Shown here piece after piece: positions 1 to 12,344 of a stretch of DNA of 64,000 nt. The DNA is from Octopus bimaculoides. Lineage: Eukaryota. Location of the stretch: NCBI RefSeq assembly GCF_001194135.2, contig NC_068996.1, positions 7,388,900 to 7,452,899 of the forward strand, in the 5' to 3' direction. Position 1 is the stretch's first letter; every line of letters begins with the position of its first letter. Position numbers and translations under genes: made by a program. Below the pieces are notes generated by a model that was not told the DNA's origin, did no database searches, and was given only the letters and a program-made list of their open reading frames with translations.

Positions 1-1737
1 CACATATATATATATATATGTGTGTGTGTGTATGAATTTGTGTCTGTGTTTGTCCCCCACTACCACTTGACAACTGGTATGTTTATGCCCCTGCAACTTA
101 GTGGTTCAGCAAAAGAGACCTATAGGATAAATACTAGGCTTAAAAAAAAATCCTGAAGTTGATTTCTTCAGCTAAGATGCATTTCTCATACCTCTAATTT
201 CCAAAATTCCTGTCAAAACATAACATAACTAAATGTGCCTTTTGTGTGTGTGTATGTATGTGTGTGAGAGAGAGAGAGAGAGAGTAACTATGCATGAATA
301 GGAAGGTGTGTAAATGTGTGTGTGTGTGCAACTTTGCTCCAATGTCTGTGAATATTTTTGTGTGTGTTTGTGTATGTAAAGACACATGTAGATAAGATAT
401 AGATTGAACCTGGAAACTCAGGGTTCCAAAATGAGCATCTTGACAGTATTACTATTGCACCCACTTACATGAGAAAACAGTAACCATAGATTGTTGATGT
501 CATAAAAATTTCCTAACTTTCAAAAAAAAAACCTGATGTAATTCTTTTATGGAACAGTGAATCTTAAAGCAGATAAAGCTATAAATAATAACATGTAAAT
601 ATTGGGTTATATATATTATACATATATGTTATACATTATGTTTTAGCAGAAGTCTTGGAAGATATGGCACCATGTCCCATGGGAAGCCTTTGATGTTTTC
701 TATCCAAAAGGATTTTTTAATCCAATATTTTCATGCTATTATTTATAGCCTTATCTGGTTTGAGTTTCACCGTTCCAAAACGAAAGGTGGGGTGGAGGGA
801 GTGACTATGGATGTTTGTGCATGTGTTATTTCAGTTGATAAGCTACATTAGTGACTCAAAAGCTATGTTTCTATATAATTCATCTCTTCATTCACTTATG
901 TAACTTCTCAGCTAAAATAAAAATGATATAAACACTATATATTAAGTCTTGGCAGTTTAGTTACATTATTCTTCCTAACCATTAGGTCTTGAGTTCAATT
1001 CCATTGCATAGAATCTTGGGCAAGTGTCTTCTACTATAGTCCTGGGTTTTGTAAGAGGATTTCATGGAAGGAAAATAAAAGAAGCTCATGTGTGTGTGTG
1101 GAGGGATCCTGTGGAAGGGGCAGACCCAGGAAGACGTGGGACAAATTGGTGAGAAAGGATCTTCTGATGCTGGGCCTCAATGAGGAAATGACAAGGGACC
1201 AGGACCAGGAGTTGTTGTGATTTGCTGCACTTGAGAAGACACATCATGCGAAGTAAAACTGTGTCACCCATACATACATACATACATACAGGTATGCCTT
1301 TTACAGGTGCCGGTGCCTCATAAAGTGCATTCATTCCAGTGTTGCGTAAATACACCTGTACCAGTGGCACATGTAAAGCATCCAGCACACTCTGTAAGGT
1401 GTTTGGTGTTAGGAAGGGCATCCAACCATAGAAACTATGCCACAACAGACGACTGGAGTTTGAACAGCTCCTGCCAAACTGTGCAACCCATGCCAGCATG
1501 GAAAATAGACATTAAACAATAATGATGATGATGATATCTCTATGTATATATATGTAGGTATCAGTCACATTTGATTAAATATATATATCTCAAAATAGAG
1601 ATAAATAGATATGAAGTTGCTCCTGCCCAAACAACTATCACCACCATTCCTTGCAGTCAGTCACTTTTCATACAAACATTGATATCTTTTGGCAAGTTTA
1701 CTTGTCAGAAGTCAGAAGTCAATCTAAGCAATGTGTA

Positions 1738-1768
<31 letters not shown>

Positions 1769-1899
1769 TGAATAAACACAAGATATTTTTGATTGGAAAA
1801 AGAGTAAAAATGAAAGAAATAATAACCAAAAACAATATTGTAGTATTGCACTGAATTAAATTACTGGTTTATAACCTTCATATATGAGTAGACGACATT

Positions 1900-2271
1900 T
1901 TCTTCTTGGGTTGTTGTTGTTGTTGTTTGGTTCAGGTGATGACCAACGATGATCACCACCATCTTGGTGGGGCAGGAGGGTGATGATGATGGTGGTGGGA
2001 GTGTAACGATGGTGATGTTGGGGATGATGATAGTGGTGATGGCAGTGATGATGATAATGCTGATGATGATGATGATGATCTTTAAATCTGTCTTGTAATG
2101 GCGTTGAAATCATTTGATGATGCTTATCTAGTATATTGTTCTTTGTAAACTGATTACTGAACAAATCATATTCTAAGTGTTGGAAGTAGCAAAGATTCAG
2201 CGATTGTGTGTGTGAGAAAAAGGGGTATGAATGAATATGTGTGTATGTATGTATATTATATACACACACAG

Positions 2272-2336
<65 letters not shown>

Positions 2337-2960
2337 TCCCTTGAGGAATGCTTTAGTGCTGCTTCAATATCCATTTTACGTATCCGCATTATGTTTGCTC
2401 AGCAGTTTTATTAGATTGTCATTCAAAATGAGGAAACACTGTCAGAAAATCTGATTGGTTAATAATGAATAAAGCTATTTACCTGTTTGTTAGATCTATA
2501 AATTTGTTTCTCTTTCTCTCTTCCCTTCTCTCTATTCCTTTCTCTCCCTTTCTCTCTCCTTCCCTTTCTCTCTCCCCCTTTCCCTCCCTCCCTTTCTCTC
2601 TCTCTCTCTCTCTCCCTTTCTCTTCCTCTCTCTACCTCCACCATTCCTCCCGCTCTCTCTCTCTCTCCTTACCTCTATTTTACCTCTCATCCACCAACAT
2701 TATACCCTCACCATCCTCAATTACCTCTCTTACCTACCCTCCATTAACCTCACATGTCCCCATGCCACCATCACCTATCTTTGCACTAGTAGCTATCTAT
2801 TATATATCTCTACCACTTTGACTTCACTTTGCTATACCATATCCATACTACCAGCAACTACCTCTGATTCTAGCAATCATTAACTGCCATCATTTCATTA
2901 TACTAGTGTGATCTGCCTCTCTTCTGCCATGACACCACCTAACCATCACCCTCATCATTC
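1900..2960. repeat. Low-complexity cluster: (GAT/GGT)n, (CA)n(TA)n, (CT)n and degenerate (ACC)n
   Basis: Direct reading. Confidence 0.9.
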
Positions 2961-2974
2961 TTATATTTTAGTTA

Positions 2975-3170
2975 CCATTAGGGAAAGCTCTGATGTTTCC
3001 AGTGAACAACATTGCTTGGCAGTTACTCTGATATAGTCAAAGGCTTTGTTCATGTCAAAACAACATTGCATCCACTAAGTTTTCAAGGACAAGAGACCAT
3101 CAATACATGATACAAGAGATCCAGCTTCTTATAGATTTTGCTTTATAGAAACCTTATTGATTATCATTAA
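2975..3170 (-). mobile_element. CR1/Jockey-like LINE reverse-transcriptase fragment
   Basis: Frameshifted translation INDNQ*GFYKAKS...WSLVLENL...NVV-DMNKAFDY matches the LINE RT Q(Y/H)GFR...(L)D(M/I)SKAFD motifs. Confidence 0.7.
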
Positions 3171-3199
3171 TCCTTTCTTGCAAAATTATGTTTCATGTT

Positions 3200-3592
3200 G
3201 TTCTGGCAATGATCTTGGTTAGAAGTTTGCTTCCCAACCACTTGGCTCCAGTTAGATCCCACTGCATGGCACCTTGGGCAAGTGTCTGCTATTATAACCT
3301 CGGGCTGATCAAAGCCTGTGAGTGGATTTGGGAGACAGAAACTGGAAGAAGCCTGTCATTTATATGTGTATATATCTATGTGTATATCTTTGTCTGTATT
3401 TGTTCCCCATCATTGCTTGACAACCAGTGTTGAAGTGTTTACATTCCTATAACTGAGCAGTTCAGCAAAACAAACTGATAGAATATGTACCAAGCTTTAA
3501 AATTTCCTGGGATTGATTTGTTTCACTAAACCCTTCAAGGCAGTGCTCCAGCATGGCCTCAGTAAAATGACAGAAACAAATAAAAGATAAAA
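3200..3592 (+). mobile_element. SINE family A, diverged near-full-length copy
   Basis: tRNA-like head, ggcaccttgggcaagtg block, (TA/TG)n centre, tail ...cagcatggcc.cagt.aaatgac.gaaacaa.taaaaga. Confidence 0.85.
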
Positions 3593-3980
3593 GGCACAGG
3601 AGTGGCTGTGTGGTAAGTAGCTTGCTTACCAACCACATGGTTCTGGGTTCAGTCCCACTGCATGGCACCTTGGGCAAGTGCCTTCTACTATAGCCTTGGG
3701 CTGACCAAAGCCTTGTGAGTGGATTTAGTAGACGGAAACTGAAAGAAGCCCGCCGTATATATGTATATATGTTTATCTCTGTTTGTCTCCCACACCATCG
3801 TTTGACAACCGATGTTGCTGTGTTTATGTCCCTGTAACTTAGTGGTTCAGTAAAGGGAGCTGATAGAATAAGTACTAGGCTTACAAAGAATAAGTTCTGG
3901 GGTCAATTTGTTCGACTAAAGGCGGTGCTCCAGCATGGCTGCAGTTAAAATGACTGAAACAAGTAAAAGTGTAAAAGAAT
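3593..3980 (+). mobile_element. SINE family A, full-length, head-to-tail with the previous copy
   Basis: Starts ggcacaggagtggctgtgtggtaag. A-box TGGCTGTGTGG, B-box-like GGTTCAGTCCC, same body and tail. Confidence 0.9.
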
Positions 3981-5446
3981 CTCCCAAAAAATAGAATTGG
4001 TATTTTCTGCAAGTCACATTGTTTCAAAGGAACTTGACATATCTCAACAGAAAATAGTTTCAACGTGACATTTCTTGACAAAGGATAGATCAGTATATAA
4101 GCTGCTTTCCACAGCTAAGGGTAATGAAATCTTGAATAGATATATCAGACTTTCACAGTAAAAAGGTTAAAGTGAGAACGATCTGCCAATTCCATTCACA
4201 GCTAGGAAGCTTTACAAGAATATTAAATTGATTCCTGTGTTTTACTGGTACTTTATTATATAAAGTCTACATAAATGAAAGACAAAGTTGACCTCGGCAG
4301 GATTTGAAACCACTTTGTAAAGAATTGTAACTAAATATCACCACAGCTTTATCAAATACACTTATGAATCTAACAATTCACCACTACCTTCATTGATTTT
4401 TAGCTCTAAGTTGGCTTTAATCAAGTAGACCTATGATCAGAAGCATTTCAACTAGGTTATATCCTCCTAAACTTCCTTTTTTAAGATGGTATGATGTGGC
4501 TTGAAATAGATTTAGCTGCTATTTCTAACTGGTCAAATAATCAAATGAAGATATGAAGGCAGATATTTAAACTGAATCCATTATATTTGAAATGTTGGAA
4601 AAATAATGATAGGAGCAGAGAAGTTTAAAATATGTACAAAGTTTAGGCATGGGTGCATGCCATTTGAAGGTAATGGAAGTATGTCATTTTAATTGGTCGC
4701 CTTGTTAGGTTGGAATGATAAGAGAAATTTTATGCTAGTGTATGTGCATCATAGTAATGGTGGAGTAGAGGAGAGAGAGTGAGAGATGCTTCATTGTGTG
4801 TGTATAGAGTTAAAGGTAAAGTGGAAAGCATATGTGATGACTTTATCTGCAAAAGTGTTGCTTACAGAATTATTTTGGTTGAGAGAATTCGAAGTAGAAA
4901 GATTCTTCTCAGTTTATCAGGATGTTCTTGGCAAGGGACCCCACAAGGTGTAGCTGCAATTTTGGGACACCAAATAGACTGATGCAATACATTTTTTTTT
5001 TTCTTTTTTGCTTTCTTGATGGATGTCTAGCAGTTAGTGGTTGACTTTCTCTCTTCAAGATATGTAAACAGTATCTTTTTGTTGTTGTTGTTAATGGAAC
5101 ATGGAAAAGATAATGGGTTTTATATATTCCTTGTATAACGCACACATTTCAAAAGACTGGCAAAGCATGAATTACATGAGCTTAAATGTCCAATGACACA
5201 ATAAATGTAGCTGACCCTCTTCATCAATATTGTTAGCAGAAAAAAAAAAAAAAAAAAAAAAAAAAACAGCAACACAAAGAAGGGAATGGGTCCTTATATA
5301 CACCAGTATGCAAATGAAAATGGCTAAGTTACTGTAAAGGAAATGAGAAAATAAAGTGAGAGGATAACAGTGGGAGAGGAATGTGATGGAGTAGAGAAGT
5401 GAAGGGCCTCAAGACTACCTTCACCTAATACATACTCTTTTATACC

Positions 5447-5907
5447 CTTTTACTTGTCTCAGTCATTTGACTGCGGCCATGCTGGAGCACCGCCTTTAGT
5501 CGAGCAAATCGACCCCTGGACTTATTCTTTGGAAGCCTAGTACTTATTCTATCGGTCTCTTTTGNNNNNNNNNNCTGGACTTATTCTTTGGAAGCCTAGT
5601 ACTTATTCTATCGGTCTCTTTTGCCAAACCTCTAAGTTACGGGGTCGTAAACACACCAGCATCGGCTGTCAAGCGATGTTGGGGAGACAAACACAAACAC
5701 ACAAACACACACACATATGTATATATATACCTATACATATATACGACGGGCTTCTTTCAGTTTCCGTCTACCAAATCCACTCACAAGGCTTTGGTTGGTC
5801 TGAGGCTATAATAGAAGACACTAGCCCAAGGTGCCATGCAGTGGGACTGAATCCGGAACCATATGGTTGGTAAGCAAGCTACTTACCACACAGCCACTCC
5901 TGTGCCT
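5447..5907 (-). mobile_element. SINE family A, full-length (contains a 10-N gap with a duplicated flank)
   Basis: Reverse complement of 3593-3980. Confidence 0.9.
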
Positions 5908-6014
5908 ATCATATCAATGTTTTTTGTTTTTTTATTCATGAACAAAATTGAGTATACTTATGTGGTTTAGAGTGAGTATATTTATCAGAACATAATAATA
6001 TACACACATGCACG

Positions 6015-6295
6015 CATGTAGGGAAGGGCACTGCTGTGCCCTTTACAGGTCTTCCTAGACTGGTGAGCTTGATGTCATTAATAATCTTGAGTTTTTGTAA
6101 GACCTGTGGGAAAGACCTGAGCAGGAAGGGAATTCCAGGAGACTAACATTTTGGGAAGGAAGAACTGGGTCTAGTGATTGTGGAAAGAGGAGAAATGAAA
6201 AGTAGAGAAATGCCTGAGTGAAGGTGGTCATGAACCCAAATAAGTCTGAAGCCATTATGTTGCAAAGGCCATTATATATTACGACCATGGTTCTT
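6015..6295 (-). mobile_element. CR1/Jockey-like LINE ORF2 3' end
   Basis: YNGLC...FFLPKMLVSWNSLPAQVFP...INDIKL resembles the FFPRT..LWNSLP C-terminal motif. Confidence 0.65.
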
Positions 6296-6630
6296 AAGTT
6301 CCATGGTAATCAGAACATTCTTTGAATGAATATGATTCGTATGAAGGTTACTTTGAGACAATAAATTCTATGAAAATATGTGTTTGTCTTTGTAAGCCCA
6401 ATGACACATCTAGCAATACCACCAATGTTGCTGAAAGATTTTTGTCTTCTGCTGATATGTTTTTGCATTTTTTAATGCTGTATGTCCATAAGAGATATTA
6501 TCTCCAGACAAATGCTGCAGTAAATTTAGCTTTCTGAAATGTACCTACATTAAGTATGATAAACAGGTTGCTATTTCAAACTAATACTGCTTTTGTTGCA
6601 TATAACAAGTATATTTATATATTTTTACAG

Positions 6631-6770
6631 AAATCACAACATTCTTTATTGTGAAGAGAAAAGAGAAGAACAAACCAAAAGAAGTGGAATCAAGTGAAGA
6701 TCCTACTCAGTTAGCAATAGAGAATGAAGATAAGTCTGGCAAAGAACCGTCTGAAACAGATAAACTGGAG
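6631..6770 (+). CDS. Internal coding exon of an unidentified host gene (Lys/Glu-rich)
   Basis: Acceptor atttttacag|, donor CTGGAG|gtaagc. 140 nt, purine-rich, open in phase 1 to 0: xITTFFIVKRKEKNKPKEVESSEDPTQLAIENEDKSGKEPSETDKLE. Not repeat-derived. No domain recognised. Confidence 0.75.
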
Positions 6771-7257
6771 GTAAGCCTGATTAACTGCTTATAATTTCTT
6801 TTTCTTAAATTTTATTTTAAGTTGCTATAATAATTACCTTCCTGTTACACTATGGTTCACTAAGTGGAATAGGTTGCAATAGGTTAGTGTTCCATGAAGA
6901 AAACAAAATTATGTGTTAGGCTGAAGCCTTTCCATTCTAAAATAAGCAAATGAAACAAACACTCTTGCCCCTAATCACAAAATCCACTTCTTTGCTGCCC
7001 ACTAATTTATGCTATTTCTGTGTGAACTTAATTAAACTGATTTTTTGCCAATACATACAGCCCCACCACCAGTGCTTATTCTTCCTGTTCAGTTCTAGTG
7101 TCTTACTTTCAAGATTTTTGCCAATACAATCCACCACCTACTACTTCAAGCTATTGAGGAAGCACTTATACAGTTGTTTGACCCATGAGAAAGAGCAGCT
7201 AAGTTTTTATCAAATCACATCCCAGCTACCTATATTAAAAAGAAAATCATCATCATT

Positions 7258-7301
<44 letters not shown>

Positions 7302-7442
7302 TTAATGCCTTTTGTCCCTGCTGACATGGGTTGGATGGTTTGACCAGAATTGGCAAGCTGGGGAGCTGCCCCAGACAAAATGCAAAAATAAATAAGTAGC
7401 AAATACATAGAATGATGTTCTGCATATATAAATAAAATAAAT

Positions 7443-7689
7443 GGGCCCTTTTAAAGCCTAGCCAGGCTCATGGGCCCGGTTTCCCGGTTTCAATGGCGTA
7501 TGTGTTCTCCATCTGGACGGGACGCCAGTCCATTGCAGCGTTACTCATTTTTGCCAGCTGAGTGGACTGGAGCAACGTGGAATGAAGCGTTTTGATCAAG
7601 AACACAATGCGTCGCCCGGTCCAGGAACCGAAACCACAATCTTGCGATCATGGTGCTGACACCTTAACCACTAAGCCACGCGCCTCCAC
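7443..7689 (-). mobile_element. tRNA-derived SINE with a Nin/Deu-domain-like core, low divergence
   Basis: Head gtggaggcgcgtggcttagtggttaagg with A and B boxes. Core tgtgttcttga.caaaac.cttcatt...gctgcaatggactggcgtcccgtccag...gaaaccggg resembles the eumetazoan Nin-type SINE core as I recall it. Decayed copies at 51365-51480 +, 51745-51990 +, 62425-62595 -. Confidence 0.75.
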
Positions 7690-8099
7690 TTCTGCATATA
7701 TACTATGTTTGAAACGCAAAAAAGAGATGGGATTATCCCAACCAAAATGTTGTTTGTTCCTAGGATGCTTGATCAAAGCTGACCAAGGGCTAAATTAACA
7801 ACAACTCTCCCTACTCACTTTTGATGTTTTCTATATTTTTTTCTGATCCAAACCAGTATTACCATTTCAACCATTTTAATTATACTATTTTACTTTCTAA
7901 TTATAAATTTCTCTTTACTTTCTTTTTATTCATTTATTTATTTATTTATTTTTATAAAGCAGTGTTCGGCAATATTTTGTTTTCACCTAACATTTTTCAC
8001 TTGCTTTGTAATTGTTGTTGAAAACATTAACATGTTGGGAATTAAACCAAGCCTATCATAATTACTGGTACTTTCTTTATGTGTGTGTGTATGTGTATA

Positions 8100-8520
8100 T
8101 AGCGTTCAATATCTCATCGCGTTCGGCCCAACGGCCTTTAATGTTGTTTTTACTGTTTAATTTTTCCTGTCTTGGTTTTTGTTTGCTACCTTGGAACCAT
8201 CCGCTAAGCAAGTTAATCCACTAAGCGGGAAGAGCCATTCTAAGAGCGCATTCTGCCTCATCTTCGAAACACCTAGTTTAGAATAGAGGCAGCTGATGAA
8301 GGAAAAGTTCCATTAGCGGCTTGTCTGTTTTCCTATGTGTTCATTCTGTTGTCCATAAAAATAGGTCCGTTTTTTGTGCTTTGCTTATATTCCCGTTCCT
8401 TTTCTGAGATCCTGTACCCAGATATGCATCTATATATACATGTCGATGTAGGTATGTACATATATGTATGTATACATGCATATGCTCATATATCATTTGT
8501 ATTATATATATATATATATA
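8100..8520 (+). repeat. Dispersed repeat, probably a Penelope-like terminus
   Basis: 8400-8510 matches the reverse complement of about 17050-17155 (ctgtacccagatatgcatctatatataca.gt.gatgtaggtatg). Both copies carry an upstream CTGATGA but lack a complete hammerhead. Confidence 0.5.
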
Positions 8521-8904
8521 TATAGTTAGGTTATAGTCTGTTAAGAATGTAGTAGAGCACAGTATTAAGCTCATCCACCTTCAGATTTTACCCAGTTCTA
8601 TCCAACTGCCAAATTTGCATTGGGGTTTCTGTAGTGTGTGAACGGATAATTGAATAAGCTGGAGTCAACAAGAAGGAGTTAAGAGAAACATTTATTTGTA
8701 ATCACTACAATTGTTTCCATACAATGTAGTCATCCATGTTCACAGTTATTTCTTTATGCAACCGTTTTCCTGCATTGTGAGATTTTGTTGTGTTTTATCA
8801 GGTGATATATAAATATTGTTTCTGTGCTCTGTAAACTCAAATTTTCAGCTTTGATTGCATCCTTTCTGTCTGTTGTGGTTTTGTGAGGTAGTAATATTAA
8901 GATG

Positions 8905-9135
8905 CAAGTGGCTGAGCACTCCACAGACATGTGTACCCTTAACATAGTTCTCAGGGAGTTTCAGCATGACACAGAATGTGACAAAGCTGGCCCTTTGAAA
9001 TACAAGTACCACTCATTTTTACCAGCTATGTGAAATGAAGTGTCTTGCTCAAGGATGTAACATATCACTAGGAATCAAACCCATGATTTTATGATTGTGA
9101 GCCTAATACCCTAACCAGAAAGCCACATGCTTTCA
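8905..9135 (-). mobile_element. SINE sharing its tail with the 49867 element but with a different core
   Basis: The reverse complement matches 50080-50170 (tcacactgtgtcacgctgaa...ctatgttaagggtacatgtgtc.gtggagtgctcagccact), joined to a ccttgagcaagacacttcatttcac core. Confidence 0.75.
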
Positions 9136-10114
9136 CACAATGGCTTATTATTTGCATGGGCCAAATGAAATTCATTGAGCCAAATTTTCTACAGCCAGAT
9201 GCCCTTCCTGTCACTAACCCTAACTTGTTCCCAAGCAAGATAATATTTCCTCCAATCCTTTAAACTTGAACAACTCAATGACTATGCATGTTTTCATGAG
9301 AGATTGCAAAACGGACTACACTGCTTGTATGATGATGACATTTGTTTACAATCAGCACATGATATGGAAACAAAGAGATACAAACACACTTATATACATA
9401 CACATATAGACATACACACACCTATACAACAGGCTTGTTTCAGTTTCTTTCTACAAAATCCGCTTACAAAGTTGTTTTTTTTATTGGCCTGGGGCTAAAG
9501 CTAGAAGAAACTTACTCAAGGTGCCACATAGTAAGACTAAATGCAAAACCATGTAGTTGGAAAGGAAACTTAACTGCATAGCTTTGTTTTATTCAGAGGA
9601 GAAAGGAACAGCACCAAAACTGGTTAGAGGAAAATTAGCGATCATAACTTTTTTGCAGGGCTTCTAAATTGATGAAAGAACAGGAACATTTTTCTCAATC
9701 TGATGACCTGGCCCAAATGTTTACAACAGAATGTACTCAACTATAGACACACAAGAGTCAAGTGTTGGTGGAATCCAACCAGTCAATAGATTGTCTACTT
9801 GCCCATAAATAAAAATGATCCATCAGACTTACAATTTCTGTCTACCAAATTTCACGTGCAAGATTTTGAAAGAATACTCGTACTTTAGGTGCTGTGGGAT
9901 TTAATTTCATATTCTAATCTGGCTAGAGTCAACTGGGCTTAAATGGAATAGATAATACCATATTTTCTGGCATCGTGTAGATATAGTATATAATGTAAAC
10001 ATTCATACAACTCCATTATCTTTCCAAATCCTGCTGCATTTCTCTTAGAATTTTTGATCATCCAAAGTTGTCTTGGTGTATAAGTCAACCTATCTTTTTT
10101 TTTTTTTTCCACAC

Positions 10115-10500
10115 TCTCTCTTTTACTTGTTTCAGTCATTTGACTGTGGCCATGCTGGAGTACTGCCTTTAGTCGAGCAAATCGACCCTAGGACCTATTC
10201 TTTGTAAGCCTAGTACTTATTCAATTGGTCGTTTTTGCCGAACCGCTAAGTTACGGGGATGTAAACACACCAGCATCGGTTGTCAAGCGATGGTGGGGGG
10301 ACAAACACAGACACACAAACGTATATATATGTATATATATATATACAATGGGCTTCTTTTCAGTTTCCATCTACCAAATCCACTCACAAGGCTTTGGTTG
10401 GCCCGAAGCTATAGTAGAAGACACTTGCCCAAGGTGCCACGCAGTGGGACTGAACCCAGAACCATGTGGCTGGTAAGCAAGCTACTTACCACACAGCCGT
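10115..10500 (-). mobile_element. SINE family A, near full-length
   Basis: Reverse-complement match to family A. Confidence 0.9.
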
Positions 10501-11066
10501 AAATTTTAATCTGAAAAATTTGACTTGTATGCTGGAAAATATGGGATACAAAAGTGTAGAGAGGTCAGTTTGGTGCCTACAACTTTGTGACATTATCACC
10601 ATGTCAGAAAACATGTTTGACTGTTTTCGTTCTAGCTCTTTACATTCTGAGTTCAAATCCAAGGTCAGTTTTGCCTTTCATTCTTTTTGAGAGTCAGTAA
10701 AGTAAGTACCAGATGAGCACTATGATTGGTGTAATTGACTTACCCCACTTCCCCTAAAAATGTTGGCTCTGTGCCAAAATTTGAAACTATTATTATTCAG
10801 GTGATGGGCTGGCAGAATCGTTACCATGCCAGGACAAATGCTTAGGCTTAAATAAGTACCAGTTACATACTGAAGTCAATGTAATTGACTTAATCTCTTT
10901 ACCCCAAATTTGAGGCCTTGTGCTTCCAGTAAAAAGGATTATTATTAATGTCTTATGGTATTTTGTTCCAAGAATGGTGAGCTGGCAGAGTCATGAGTTG
11001 AGTAAAAATGTTTAGCAGCATTTTTCTATCTCTTTACATTCTAAGTTCAAATGACAGTTTTCTTCA

Positions 11067-11500
11067 TTTTTTTTTTTTTTTTTTTTTTTTTCAAAATTAA
11101 GTTAAATTTAAGCAGTATATTTCAACATAAATATTGTAACAAATGAGTTAATGGTCAATAAATTACAATAAGAATTCTGAAAGGAAGAGGGGGAAAATTC
11201 TGTAAAGTAGGGTTAAAGAATCTGTTTCAGATAAAATTCTGGTAAATAAGGTTTAAGGTTGGTGAAGGGAAAGTGGATAGGTAAAGACAGAAATGAACGG
11301 TAAGGAAAGGTCACATAATGGTCAGTTTAATTGTGGAATCCTAAGGTGTTATTTCTGTTGAATTTGGACTGAAGGTCAAGAAGAAAACTACTGAAGAAGT
11401 TGGCAGTTGGTATTTGTGTGATCTATACTTTTATCTGTGTGTGAGGGTGTAGGGGTGTATTCTTTTATGCTTTGTTTGAGTGCTTGTGTTCAATTGTTTA
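11067..11500 (-). mobile_element. LINE-like 3' end with poly(A) tail
   Basis: A T25 run at 11067-11091 (poly-A on the minus strand) abuts pyrimidine-rich 3'UTR-like sequence and interrupts a SINE fragment. The translation is too decayed to assign a clade. Confidence 0.4.
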
Positions 11501-11659
11501 GAATCTAGTCATCTATCTGTCTTACCAGCTATCTATCTAGCTAGTTTTACTGATAATGGTTTTACCGATAAAGGTTTTTTCATACTGAACTACTTGGCAA
11601 AATTGTTAATTATTAATTCTGTTATTAATTGACGATTCCCTGCCCTTATTCTTGTATAT

Positions 11660-11721
11660 AGCTAGTTAGACAGATAGATGGCTGCATAGATCTATCTAGC
11701 CATCGATCTGTCTAACTAGCT
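11660..11721. repeat. 24-bp near-perfect hairpin within GATA/TAGC-rich sequence
   Basis: agctagttagacagatagatggct pairs with agccatcgatctgtctaactagct, 1 mismatch, 14-nt loop. Confidence 0.9.
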
Positions 11722-11987
11722 GTCTCTCTAGCCATCTCTCTATCTACCCATCTAGCTGTCTAACTAGCTATCCACCTAGCTAGCAATCCCTCTACCTATT
11801 CACCCACCTTAGTATATCTATACTAGCATGTAAAAGTATATTTTGTATTAGTCTGTTTGTGAACTTAATTACTAATATGTGTGGGGTTTTTTTTCTATTT
11901 GTATAGACTTTTAGAAGACAATGGGATATATTAGTAGACTGATTAAACATTTAAGTGTACAGTTTCTTAATATAAAATGGCAGTTTA

Positions 11988-12023
<36 letters not shown>

Positions 12024-12344
12024 CCCCTCTGTCACTAGATAGATAGATAGCTATCTAAACAAAGGAGAAATGATTTGGGAGAATAGATGTTTATTCCATT
12101 GGTTTACAGCAGTTTCATAATTGACATTAAATCACCATTCATACATATAAAAAAATATACATATAAATATATAATGTACCCCTGTATATACAAATATACT
12201 GACTAATAATCTTCAGAATGTTTCATGATTGGTTATAAATGCATTGGAATATATGAGCTTAAAAGTATAATAATTGAGGTTAATATCGTATTTGAACTAT
12301 CTTCTGCTAGCTTTATCCCACAAAAATAAGACATAAATACAAGC

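Noticed and set aside
4868-4947. Candidate + strand exon upstream of 6631 (also 738-775)
   Set aside because: The donors are poor (gtgtag, gtgggg). The first contains a GTPQG string that could equally be a decayed RT motif.
5516-5622. 49-bp direct repeat flanking a 10-N gap (similar 26-bp case at 28178-28239)
   Set aside because: Exact duplication on both sides of a minimal gap is typical of unmerged contig overlaps, so it is likely an assembly artefact.
5562-5873. Recurrent short ORFs containing SVSVYQIHSQGFG...EDTCPRCHAVGLNPEP
   Set aside because: They are antisense translations of SINE family A, not a gene family.
8255-8315. CTGATGA with nearby GAAA as a hammerhead (also 17250-17290)
   Set aside because: Stem II is not followed by GAAA and no permutation gives consistent helices. 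At most these are remnants.
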